Assembly (NCBI RefSeq): GCF_009914755.1
Contig: NC_060944.1
Length of the DNA: 64,000 nt
Reading direction: 5' to 3' (one strand)
Source: the human T2T-CHM13v2.0 reference genome, Homo sapiens
Of the stretch, positions 1-12,176 are shown piece by piece (positions within the stretch are counted from its first letter, which is position 1; each line of letters starts with the position of its first letter). The translations under genes were made by a program, and so were the position numbers. Below the pieces are notes generated by a model, which worked only from the letters and a program-made list of their open reading frames with translations, was not told where the DNA came from and did not search any database.

Positions 1-1945
1 AGATATGCTACTACTTTTTACATGTTAATTTTGTATCCTGTAACTCTACTGAACTTCTTTATTATTTCTAACAGATTTTTTATGGCATCTTTAGGATTTT
101 CTATATATAAGATCATGTCATGTACAAAGAAAGACAGTTTAACTTCTTCCTTTCCAATTTGGATGCTTTTGTGTATCTGTTATAGGTTTTTGCTTTATGG
201 TTATCATGAGGCCATCTTGCTGATATCACTGTTTTTGTATATTTTGGATAAGAGACATTTATCAGGTACGTTTTTCTGCAAGTATTTTCTCCTAGTCTGT
301 GACTCCATATCTTTTCATTTTCTTGACAGTGTCTTTTGCAGAACAGAAAATTTAATTTTAATGAAGCCCAGCTAATCAGATTTTTTTTGCCTGGCTTTGT
401 GGGGAAAGACCTCACCTTTGTTTCTTTCATGAAAAGTGACTTTGGTATTGTATAAAAGTCATCTAGATTTTCTCCTATGTTATCTTCTAGGAGTTTTATA
501 GTTTTGCATTTTACACTTATGTCTGTGATCCATTTTGAGTTAATTTTTGTGAAGGGTATAAGATCTGTGTCTGACATTAATTTAGGAAAATTCTCAGTCA
601 TTATTGCTTCCAATATTTCTTCTGCTCCTTTCTGTCTTTATTCGTTTTCTGGTGTTCCCATTATGTATAATTATACCTTTTGTAGTTGTCCCACAGTTTT
701 AAGATATTTTGTTCTGTTTGTTTTCAGTCCTTTTTTTCTCTTTGCTTTTCAGTTTTTGCAGTTTCTATTGTAATATTCTCAAGCTAAGAGATTCTTTCCT
801 CAGCTGTGTCCAGTTTACTAATAAGCCTACCTAAGGTATTCTTTCTTTCTATTACAGTGTTTTTGATCTTTAGCATTTCTTTTGATTATTTCATAGAATT
901 TCCATCTCTCTGCTTCCATTACCCACTTGTTCTTGCATGCTGTCTACTTTATCCATTAAAGTTCTTAGCATGTTAATCATAGTTGTTTTCCATTCCCAGT
1001 ATAACTCTAAGATCCCTGACATATCTGAGTTTGGTTTTGATGCTTGCTCTGCCTCTTTACATTGTGTTTTTTTTGTTTTTTTTTTTTTTTTTTTTTTTGC
1101 CTTTTAGTATGCCTTGTAATTTTTCTTGGTAGCTGGACATGATGTACTGGGTAAAAGGCAGTGCTATAAATAGGCCTTTAGTACTGTGGTGGTAAGCTAC
1201 GGGGAGGGGAAGCCTTCTGTACTTTTCTGATTAGGCCATAGTCTTCTAGTGAGCCTGTGCCCTGGGACTGTGAGCTTCTCAAGTGTTTCTTGTTTTTTTT
1301 TTTTTTGGTCTCCCTTATATGGGACAGGATGGCTAGAACGTGCCGGAGTTGGGTATTTCCCTTTCTCCCTGTGGGGACTAGAGCCAGTTGGAGTTGGGTG
1401 TTTCCCTTCTCCCACGTGGAAGGCTAGAGTTGGCTGGAGTTGGTTATATCCCTTCCCGCAGGTCAGTTAGGCTCTGATAAGACCCTAGCTTGTTAGGCTC
1501 TGGTTAAATAGTTTCTCTTGAGGGCAGACCTTGTTAAGAAGAACATAATGCTCTAGAGTATTTTAAATGTTTACTTTTTTCCTTCCCCTGATGGAAACAT
1601 AAGGGGATTTTTCTCCACTCTTGACTGTGAGAAACTGGTCCAGCTCTTGGAGGTAAAACTCATAAAAGTTTGGGTCCTTCTGGAGTTCTTTACTCTCAGA
1701 CTTGTCTACACTGAGTCTCTAGCAATTTGTCACATACAGTTCAGGATTTCTAGTATTGGTTCCCATGGTAGAGGTTTCTGCTTATAGGTATCTGCTCCAA
1801 TAGGTTGACATTTCTGTATCTGCCTGTCTGACTCCCCAGTTTTGAGGGCAGCACTTTGCTCTTTCACCTCACTTCTCTTATGGATCTAAGAGTTTGATTT
1901 TTCAGTTTGTCCAGCTTTGTATTTGTTGTTAGCTTGAAAGTTGTC
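1..1945 (-). mobile_element. Old LINE-1 (L1M-type) fragments: scrambled ORF2 pieces (1-575) followed by ORF1/5' region
   Basis: The minus-strand translation holds L1 ORF1p-like 'EAIMTENFPKLMSD' and ORF2p C-terminal-like 'PFTKINSKWITDI..KTIKLLEDNIGENL'. The plus strand is T-rich. About three degenerate 'ggagttgggtatttcccttctccc' units at 1325-1460 resemble old L1 5' ends. Confidence 0.85.
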
Positions 1946-2099
1946 ACTCCAACCTCCTTACATCTTCTGCAATAAGGCTACAGAATGAAGTAACACAAGG
2001 CTCCTTCCTGCTGGGAGTTTCCTGTTGTGTAAAGAACCCAAAGAAGTAAACCATGATTACCCTGCAGTACAATATTGACCATGGCCAGTGTGTGGAAAA

Positions 2100-2320
2100 C
2101 CAGTTGCCTCTGTCGGTACCAGAGCCTGATTCTGTAGGTTCAAATCCTTGTTGTACCACTTAATGTCTTTGTGGTCTTGGTCATGTGATTTAACCTGTCT
2201 AAGCCGTGGTTTCCTCCTCTGTAAAATGAGGATATTCATAGTTCCAGTTTCCTTGTGGGGATTACATGAGTTATCAAATGTAATGTGCTTAGCTCAATGC
2301 TTCATGAATCATCACTACTT
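2100..2320 (+). mobile_element. MIR SINE
   Basis: ggttcaaatcc...ccactta...tttaacctgtctaagcc..gtttcctcctctgtaaaatgaggata matches the MIR core. Confidence 0.8.
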
Positions 2321-2379
2321 GAAAAACCGTGATGGTGTTGTTGTTGTTATCAGTATACTCACGGTGTTAGGGAGAAAGA

Positions 2380-2745
2380 GAAGGGTACACCTAACTCTGA
2401 AGTTTTATAGAGGAGGTGATGTCTGAGAAGTGTTTTGAAGAATGAGTAGGAGTTTACCAGGAAGGTAAGGAAGAGAGTGTTCTGGGCAGAGGAAATGTTG
2501 CTGTGATTGTCATACTCATGGAAAGCAGACTGACATGTTTGGGAGCTATAGTCTAATCGGATTCAACATTGAATGAATATCTCTTCTGTGCCAGGCATGC
2601 TTCTAGATACTCAGATACAGTGGGGGAAACAGGCCTGGTGTCTGCTGACACTGCACTTAGATTTTAGTGAAGAGACAGTCAATGAACCAAGAAGCATAAG
2701 ATACTTAAAATTTTAGGTAGTGATACATACTGTTTGCATAAATTT
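2380..2745 (-). mobile_element. L2 LINE fragments
   Basis: attcaacattgaatgaatatctcttctgtgccaggcatgcttctag... is the reverse complement of the L2 3' end. Confidence 0.65.
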
Positions 2746-4232
2746 CCCTGGAAGCCCATTTTAATAAAATAGGGAGGTGGAGAGCTTATCAAGTAAAAGA
2801 ACTCCCTAAACATTCTCTTGTCCAAAGGGAAGGGTGTGTGTGGTAGAGGATAGCAGTTGCAGTGAAAGAGCAGTGACGGGTGATGAAATCAGGGAGGAAG
2901 GAAGGCATCTCCCATAGGCATGAAGAAGCTTTCATAGGCAAAGATGTTGTCACTCTTAACTGTAGGTCAGTGATCCCCAAGCTTCTGTCTTTCATACATT
3001 TTTACCATATTTGCAGAAATTAAAATCTTCCCATTCAATTATTTATTTAAAGTTTCTATTTAAATTCACCTTTTAGCATTTAGAAAATAAATGCATGTAT
3101 TTTCAGAAGGAAGCATTGTAGTATAGCTGTAAATGGAAGACCAGGCTTACCTGCCATGAAAGTAGCAATTGGAAAAATTAAAATTAAAAATGTTTATCTG
3201 TGCACTACCCAAAACCATCTTGAGTGGCACCTTTGGTGCACTCCTTGCATGCTTGGTCAATGATGAGGTGCTGGGGAGTCACAGAAAATGTTCAATAGAG
3301 AAGCAACGTGACTTTTGTTAGCCAATGGAGTCAGGGTGGAGAGGAGTTAGCAAGACATCAGGGATGCTGTCGCAGGTCGTGCCCCCAACTAAGGAAGTGT
3401 CAGGAGACAAAGCAAGACAGACAGATACAAAACATGCCTTGAGGTAGAATGGGATGGGGTGGAGGGGATGATGGAGAGGAACGAACCAAAGAAAATATCC
3501 AGATTTTTGGCTTTGGTATGAAGAAGCAAGTGTTTTCGTTTCTGTGTCATTTGAACTGTCTAAGGCAACATTACTGGCACCTGGGCTGATGAACAAACTT
3601 TGGAAGTTAAAGGGTGTTAGACCTAGAGCCGTGGGCTTCCATTCCAGGAGTGAGCCAAATATATTCATCCTGGGATAGGGCCCTCCCACTTCCTCTTCCT
3701 AAATGAATTATTTATATTCCAAAGGGCCTTAAGACATTGGGGAGCAAAGGGTTCTCTGTCTCTTTCTCTCTCAGGATGGGAGAGGTCCATAAGCTGTCAT
3801 GTATAAGCTCCTAGATTCATAATTTTGGGGTTCTTCTCCTGCCATACAGATCCTGTCCATGAAGGGTGACAGCTGGTTCTCAGTGGGTCCCTGTAGGACA
3901 CGGGGCACGGGAAATCAGCACAGTTACTGCTGTGAGTAGTCAGTTTGAGCTCTGCTCTAGGAACCCAAGTTTGCACTCAGGATAAAAATGAGTAACTATA
4001 GATATTAAAAACTTTTCAGGTAGCAAGTGACAGACCTCCCAACCTCTATAGATACAGAACTTCAGAGGTTTAAAAGCAATTTCCCGTGATGACCTCATTT
4101 GACCTTCTCGAAAGTTCAGAGCCAGCTGGGCAGACATGGGGCTCTTTTCAGATGGGGAACTTGAGGCTGAGAGGGGAAGGGATTTGCTAAAGGTTAGGCT
4201 GCTTGTACATAACAGAGCTGGCTTCTTCTAAG

Positions 4233-4430
4233 TCAGTGGTCCTCCATGGGGCTGATTCTGCCCTCCAGGGCACATCTGGCAATGTCTAGGGACATTTTTG
4301 GTTGTCACAGCTTTGGAGAGGATGTCATAGGCATTCAGGGAATGAAGGTCAGGGATGCTGCCGAACACCCTGCAGTGCATGGGATGGCCCCACAACAAAT
4401 GTCCACTTTGCCAAGGTCGAGAGACAGTTC
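4233..4430 (+). mobile_element. MER20 (hAT-Charlie) DNA transposon
   Basis: cagtggtcctc..ggggctgattctgccccccagggcacatctggcaatgtctagggacatttttggttgtcac..agggatgctgccgaacaccctgcagtgca. Confidence 0.8.
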
Positions 4431-6519
4431 CAGAGACTTCCTGCCCCAGTCTTGTGCCTTTCTGTTACAGGGCAGCAGCCTCTCCTTTCTGCAACATCCA
4501 CTTGGTCTTGATGAAAAATGAAACCAACCTGCCAATCATGTCTTACCGAAGTTACCTGCGGTGATGAATATAATAATTTTGAACTTTTCTTTAGCATATA
4601 AATAATCCCTGCCTTTATTATAATATTCTGCAGGATAATGTCTAACTCAGTCCTAACCAAGAGCATTATATTTGTATGTGTTTTCTTCAGGAGGCTATTA
4701 TAATGAAATAAAAAGGCAGCAAAGCTCACTGGGAAAACAGCAGGCTGGGGCTGCCCTTGCGTTGGAAAGTGCTTAGGGGAGGGAAGGTTCATTCTTCTCT
4801 CACCAGCCTCCCACTGCCCTTCCCAGGGGACTCTCTGATGTGGAAAGCCCTAGAGTTCTCCAGCATTCTTCCCCGGGGCATCATGGCTCTGGCCATTCCT
4901 GTGATCCTGTCCTTCCATGCACAGCTCTTGGCAGGCCTCTTGACTTAGCCACGTGATCCCAACTGGGTGAAGGTGGATGTCCTTTGGCCCACACTTGTGG
5001 CTGCCAGGATATAGGTTTGGTGCAGAGATTTAATTTTTGGAGAGCTGAGAACTCGAAACTGGTGGATGGACATGGCTTCTTGGATGGCTGGCTTATCAAG
5101 AGCAGCTGGCCATTTATGATTTGTTAAGGGCTTTTGCTCTCTCCTGGCCTCAGCTTCTCTCTGGATCTTATCACAAACCTGTTATAGTTTCATTTGATTT
5201 GTTTCTTCGTTTATTTTTTTCCTCCCTTTTTGGTTATTGTTATTTTCCTGGGGTTTTGAGGATCAGACTGAGCAGGGTGAGGGAGCCAAGTTACCGCTTG
5301 GAAACCTCAGAGACAGCGAGATCAGATTTCAGGTCTAAGGTGAATTTGCTGTGGCCCAGAATATTCACTCTCTTTGTCTAGCAGCTCAATTCCCTAATTG
5401 CCCTAATTGCAGTGAGCTTCTTTTTATCTGCAGGTCAACAGGGATACCTCAGTGATGCATTTGACTTCTTAGGAGGTAAGATCAGCCCCCCACCCATCCC
5501 TTATTCTGAAGAGGAGGATGTTTTCCTTGAGTTCAAACCCTAGAGCCACATTCTACATCATAATTCCTTCTACACCATAATTCAACTCAATTCACAAAAC
5601 AGGGATCCAGCTTCTGCTTTGAAAGTTCCCATGCTTACCATTAAGGACAAAACCACAATGGGCAAATGTGGAATCTTGGTTCTGGATTCTCCCTGCCCTG
5701 GGATGAAGAAAGGCATGGCGGTTGGCTGGAGAGCGCTGAGCCTCCCAGTTGAAGAGTTAGGGCCCTGCCAGTGACTATCCCACCCTCCCCTGTCTGATCC
5801 TTGCTGTCCTCTCTGGCTCTCATCCCTCTTCAACATGTCTTTTCCATCCTGTGCCACCATCTGAACACCTTGGTCGAATGCATCAGGCTACTGTCTGAAT
5901 CTGGGACTCTGCACACACAGCATCTTCTGCCCAAGACATGTTCTCTTCTCTGGTCATTGACGTGACTCTTACTCATCTGTCGGGTGGGTGTCTGTTAGGG
6001 ACTCAGCTGATTGCGTGTCACAGAAGATCCAAATAGGAGAAACTTCAGCAAGATAGGGGTTGACTTTTTTCTCTCGCAAAAAGAAGTCTGAGGGTAGACA
6101 GTTGAGGATGGTGTGCAGACACCTGGTCCAAGGGCTTTGCAACATTCCTGACCTTTCCCCCGCCTTTCTGTGTTGCAAGATGTCCGCTGCGGCTCCAACC
6201 ATCAAGTTTTGGACTCAGGCAGGAAGAAGAGGAAAGGTAGGGGGCAAACCCGCAAGGACCACAAGCGTCTTTTAAGGAGGTTACCTTGAGGTCCATCCAC
6301 CTGGCCGCTGCTGCTTACCTCTCATCTGCCAGAACTGTGGCACAGCTCTGCAGGGAGAGCTGGGAAATGTAGTTTTTCCTTTTTCAGCTGAGCACATAGT
6401 CCTTTCTTCCTCCCATTACTCTAAATATGGTTCTGCAAAGTATATTCAGAGAAGTGGAGCTTCTCATGTCCCATTCATGGCATTTTGTAAAATAGATTTT
6501 TATGACTTTACTACCTTTT

Positions 6520-7345
6520 AAAAAATAAATGGAGCATATTGTACATCCTTTTCTCCATCTTGCTTGTCTTTGCCTCACAATATATCCAGAAGAGTTCTCC
6601 CAACATGGTTGTGTTATTTTACATCCCCACCAGCAATATGTGGGAGGTGTACTTGGCCCACATCTTAGCCAGTATTTACTGCTGTCATTTTTTTTTTTTT
6701 TTTTTTTTTGAGACAGACTCTCGCTCTGTCGCCCAGGCAGGCGTGCAGTGGCACAATCCTGGCTCACTACAACCTCTGCCTCCCGGGTTCCAGTGATTCT
6801 CCCGCTTCAGCCTCCCGAGTAGTTCGGATGATAGGCGTGCGCCCCCATGCCTGGCTAATTTTTGTATTTTTTAGTGGAGATGGGGTTTCATCATGTTGGT
6901 TAGGCTGGTGTCGAACTCATGGCCTCAAGTGATCCGCCTGCCTTGGCCTCCCAAAGTGCTGGGATTACAGGCATGAGCCTCCATGCCCAGCCAGTGCTGT
7001 CAATTTTTAAAATTGTATTCACTCTAGTGTCTATAAAATTGTATAACACTGTGGTTTTAATTTTTATTTTCCTGTAACCTAATGATGTTGAGCACATTTT
7101 GATGTACTTTTTGACCATTCATGTACTTCCTTTTGTGAAGGTTCTGTTCGAGACATTTACCTATTTTTATTGGGCTGTCTTTTTATTACAAATTCATAAT
7201 AATCCCTTAATTGTTCCTGAATCAGACAGGTATAGTATAGACATTTTCTATGAGTCTATGACTTGCCTATTCATTTTCTTACTGATGTCTTTTGAAGGAT
7301 TGATATTTTAAATTATGATTAAATGTATCAGTTTTTCTTTAAAAA
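6520..7345 (-). mobile_element. Old L1 (L1M) fragment interrupted by an Alu
   Basis: tttacatccccaccagcaatatg.. and aatgatgttgagcacattttgatgtac.. are typical antisense L1 ORF2 3'-end motifs. Confidence 0.7.
6688..6992 (-). mobile_element. Alu (AluS-type), full length
   Basis: Poly-T, then gagacag..tcgctctgtcgcccaggc...ctcccaaagtgctgggattacaggcatgagcc..cccagcc; flanking duplication tgctgtca(t/a)tttt. Confidence 0.95.
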
Positions 7346-7369
7346 AATGTGGTCTGTTAAAGAAGGAGC

Positions 7370-7810
7370 TGTATTCATTTCCCAGGGCATCCCTAACAAA
7401 TGGCCACAAACTGGGAGGCTTAGAACAACGGAAATGGATTCCTTTGCAGTTCTGGAGGCTGGAAGTCTGAAATCAAGGTGTAGGCAGGGCTGTGCTCCCT
7501 CTGAAGGCTGTGGGGAAGGGTCTGCTCCAGACCTGTCTCCCAGCTGCTGGAGGCTGCCAGCAACACCTGCTGCTCCTGTGCTTACGGCTGTGCCACTCCA
7601 ATCTCTGCCTCCATTGGCACCTGACCCTCTCCCCTGTGTGTCTTGTATCTTCTCTTCTGATAAGGATGCAAATCATATTAGATTAGGGCCTCCCCTACTT
7701 CTATGTAACCTTAACTAATTACATCTGCAATAACCCTCTTTCCAAATAAGGTCACATTCTGAGGTTCCAGGAAGAACATGAATTTTGGAGGGGCACTATC
7801 CAACCAAACA
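7370..7810 (-). mobile_element. MLT1 (MaLR) solo LTR, MLT1B/C-like
   Basis: tgtattcatttcccagggc..aacaaatggccacaaactggg..gttctggaggctggaagtctgaaatcaaggtg..ttccaaataaggtcacattctgagg. Confidence 0.85.
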
Positions 7811-9139
7811 TAGATATCAAGGCGAATGGCTAGGAAATTAACTGTCTCTTTATAAGGTTTCAGCTTAGCTTGTGAGCACTGAAAGCATCCCCTCCTTCAC
7901 AGCATAGTAGCTAAATGGTAGTTGCCTGCTTCCTTGTCTGAATTCCTCGTGTGTCAGAGGGCAGGGAACTCTTACTTTGTTCCTCTCCCTGACCCCTGAC
8001 TTTAAGTAACAGAAATCCTTAAATTGGCTGAAATTGTAAGGGAATTTATCTTCTTGGCCAACAGGAAGTCCATAGGTGGGTCAGCTCCAGGCTTCGGAGT
8101 TAGGGCCTTAGCTTTGCTCATGCCCTCCAGGATGTGTTAGCTTCAACTTCGGTCAGGAAGCAAGATGGCAGCTTCCATTTCAGATAAGCATTTGTAGAGG
8201 GGATATTTCCCAGACTTCCCCAGCCATGTCAGGCTAGGCCACATGTCCTTTTGTCAACCAGTTGCTGGTAAGGCCTGGCTTGGACTAATTACTTAGGGGT
8301 CACCTGACGTTGGGGATTCAATCAACAAGACCCTTTCCCTGTATGAATGACTATATTCTTGTTGCACTGTTGAGCCTGGGACACTGCTGTGCCCATGGTG
8401 GCTTCTTGATTGTGTGGTGACCTTGAAGGCTCCAAAGGCCCTGCTCAAAGCCCTAGAGGCATTTTGCAGGATCATGCGAACCAATGGAAACACGTTTTCC
8501 TTTGGCTTGGGCCAGCATCTCCTCATGACCACAGCTCCATGCCAGTACTCCTGGAGGTCAGTTGAGGGGACAACTTGATGTTCTTTCTTGGCAGGAACCA
8601 ACTTTCTTTCTTGGAAAGTTACATGTTCCTGAGCTGGAGCTTCACAACTGCTCTGAGGTCAGGGTTGTGGGTGAACAGGCTCCACTGGGCTCTGAGTGAG
8701 TGTGGCTTGGCCTGGAATTAAGTCAGGGACAGACATCTGCCCCCATTAACTCAGGATTTTGGCTTTGACTGGTTAGCCGAGGAAGGGGTGTGGAGGACTG
8801 GAGATGACCAGTGATTTTTGCAAGCCAAGAAACTGCAGGACAAGGTCAGTCTTTATTTAGACCTATTTCTGCAGGAATAAAGAAGGTGGTGATGGTGTTT
8901 CTACTTCTAAAATAAGAGCAGAGTGAGTAAATTCTCTTTGGGGAACACTTAGCCATTGACCTATTACTTCCCTACCTGAACCTTTTCAGCCAGCTGAGGG
9001 GGGTGAGATGTTGATCCCAATTGCATGTCAGGGGTGTCTGCCTTTCCCTTGCTTAGAACAGCCCCCTTATTCATCTGGGCCCTCCTCGTTTTGTGATGAA
9101 AGATTCAAAAATTAGGAAAAAAAATGATGCTGGAAATTA

Positions 9140-9375
9140 TAGCTAAATGTACAAAGCACTTACTATGTGGTCAAGGCTATATGTGGGATATCTCATTTAC
9201 TCTTGACAGAAAATACTAGCACGAAGTAGATAGTCCTATAATTCCCCATTTTACAGTTGCTGTACTCAAAGATGAGAAAGGTAACGTCACCTGCTCAGAA
9301 CCCTATAGCTGGGACATGGTGGGGTCAGGATTTGAACTCAGGTCTTACTGATTCTAAAGTCTGAGCTGTTGCCTC
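9140..9375 (-). mobile_element. MIR SINE
   Basis: ccccattttacag...aaaggtaacgtcacctgctcag...ggatttgaactcaggtctt. Confidence 0.7.
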
Positions 9376-9769
9376 CCAAAAGCCAGCTGCCATTCTTTTG
9401 TCACCTCTCTAATTTCTCCAAATAGTGAATTTTCATGGGAAAATGGGAATAGTTCTTCCCACTGGCATCCTTTAGTTCAACCATAGCTAAGTAATAAAAA
9501 TGTGCATTTTTCTCATAAGACACAACAACTCTTAATGTATTATGTGTAAGAGAGAAAGGTAGGAAATGACCAAATGTCCATCAATAGTGGACAAGCTGAG
9601 TAAACTATGGTAAATCCAAACAGTAGGGTACTATACAGTTGTAAAAAAAAGTGATGAATATCTTCATATATTTATATGGAGTAGCTTCCAGTGTATATCG
9701 TTAATTGGGAAAAAACCTGGTGTAGGATAGCATTAATAGTAGTCTCCTTTTGTGTAACGAGGGGAGAAC

Positions 9770-9985
9770 ATATATATATTCTATTCTCTATGTAAGAATA
9801 TGTTTTATTCTTTTAAATATATATTAGAATACATTTTAAATATATACTTAATATATAAATATATATTTATAAATATTTAATATATTTAAATAAATAATAT
9901 TTAAAACATTAAATATATTTTAAATACATTAATATATTACAATATATTTTAAAATATGAATGTATATAAAGAATTTTTATAAAAG
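9770..9985. repeat. AT-rich (TA)n low-complexity tract
   Basis: Almost purely A/T sequence: atatatttataaatatttaatatattt... Confidence 0.85.
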
Positions 9986-11167
9986 AATGAAAAGATAAAC
10001 CAAAAAATTACTTAACATGGATACCTAGATGGGGGGAGGAAATTGGGTGAAGGAGGCAGACATGAAAGAGACATGTGAGAAGGTACCTCATTTTATAGAA
10101 TTGGCTTTGGAGCCCTGTACATATTTCACATAGTTAAACATGAAAATTAAAAAATAGCAACACTTAAAAATTGAAAACAAATTGTAATAAGTGAATCTAG
10201 GTGAATGTTAAAATGGTGCTCAATTGCACACACAAAAAATTATTTCAAATGACTTTTAAACACAGTATTTGAACTGTTTATCCCTGGGAGAATAATCCTT
10301 AAGACCAAGGGAACTGTAAAAAAAAATCTTAACTAGTATTCAAAAGCCTTATTTTAAGTAATAATATTGGCATTGCTGTTTTGAAACTATTATATGATAA
10401 TGTAGGTTAAAGTAAGTGGAAATTATGTTAATAACTTTAGGAACCAAATTTTCAGTATAAAAGTAAATATATGTACATATAAAATCCAAAGATGTTCAAT
10501 AAAGCCCTAAAATCTTAAAATTTAAATAAAATGTATCAGTATAAATTCATGAGTTACCTTTCCCTTTCTAAAACAACAACAACAAAAGCCCCTTACATAT
10601 TTCTTTTTTTTTTTTTTTTTAACTTGTCACTGATGAAGCTCAGACAATCCTTTACGTATTTTTTAACTCTGTCCATGGAAAAGTCCTGGAAATGACTAAC
10701 CCAGTAGTGTTTAGCAATCACATGTCCAGATTATGGTCTCTAAATATCATTTTCCACAAAATGAACCAGAGTTCCTTAGAGAAATAGCCAGTTCCAGGTC
10801 TGGAGCAGGACCTATGCAAGTTGGACATGTGAATTTTTGTTCTGCCAGAAAGCAAGAAAGCTATAAAAGATTAATGGAATCATGTCAAAAGGAAGTAGGA
10901 GCTAACACCATGGGCTTCCACTGGCAAAGAGGGGTCAACTTGAACAATAAAAAAGAATAATGATTGCAATTGTTTGAAGCAAATCAATTATTGCCAAAGT
11001 GATAATGAGAAAACAACTCTTTGGTTGCTCCTGAACATTGATAAGGCACTAACTTATTCTGAAAATTTATAAGCAAAGAAATAAGCTTTTATACTGCCTT
11101 ATTGTGCCAACTGTATTTTGTGGTAAAAAGGTGATGAGGGAAAGTTCTTTGTAAAATAAATGAAGGA

Positions 11168-11486
11168 GGCCGGGTGTGGTGGCTCACAGCTGTAATCCCA
11201 GCACTTTGGGAGGCTGAGGTGAGCTGATCACTTGAGTCCAGGAGTTCTAGACCAGTCTGGGCAATATGGCAAAACCCTGTCTCTACAAAAAATACAAAAA
11301 GGAGCTGGGTGTGGTGGCATGCACCTGTAGTCCCAGCTACTCAGGAGGCTGACGTGGGAGGATCACCTGAGGCCAGGAGGTTGAGGCTGCAGTGGGCTGT
11401 GATTGCACCACTGCACTTCAGCCTGGTTTGGAGTGAGACCAGCCTGGCTGGAGTGAAACAGAGTGAGACCCTGTTTCAAAAAACAA
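11168..11486 (+). mobile_element. Alu (AluJ-like) with a short internal duplication near the 3' end
   Basis: ggccgggtgtggtggctcac...gaggttgaggctgcagtg..; 'gcctggtttggagtgagacc agcctggctggagtgaaac' is repeated before agagtgagacc. Confidence 0.93.
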
Positions 11487-12176
11487 GAGGAAGAAGAAGG
11501 AATAGTAGAATTATCACTGTTTGCTATCCCTAATGAAATAACACATCTAGGCAACAATCCTGGATGCTGCTGAAACCATTAGCTACAAAGCCAGTGGAGA
11601 GAATGGGGAGATCTAAGGGGGATGAACCAGGCTAACAGCACTTAAACCCACTTATCAATCTTAGCATCATTAGAAGTGAGGTATTCCAACATTACGCACC
11701 TCCTGATGGGATACAATAGTAAGTACGCAGCACCGCGTATATTCTTAAAGAAACTTGAACTTGAATCTAGCTTGAATCTCTCTAGTGCTTACTACCAGTC
11801 TTCAGAAATGTGGGGAATAGGAGAACAAGTGAAATGGCACTACAAGGAAGCAACCAGCTAAATTCAGAATGTGAAACTTCCTACAGGAGAAATGACCTAA
11901 GGTGGGGAAGGAGAGTCTCTAGATTAAAAAAATAAATGTAAGAGACATATTCAATCAACTGCAATATGTGTACCATGTCTGTATCTTGATTTGAGGAAAT
12001 TAACTGTAAAAAGAAACTTTTGAGACACTTAGAAAAATGTTTCTTTTCCTGGATGTTAGAAGATATTCTTGCTAATTTTGTTAGGTGTGATAGAAGCATT
12101 GTGGTTATGTAAAAAGTATCTTCAATTGATAGAGATGTAATCTAACAGTAATGATGGTTAAAATAATACACTATCT

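Noticed and set aside
3310-3960. Possible old LTR element
   Set aside because: LTR-like texture, but I could not assign a family or boundaries with confidence
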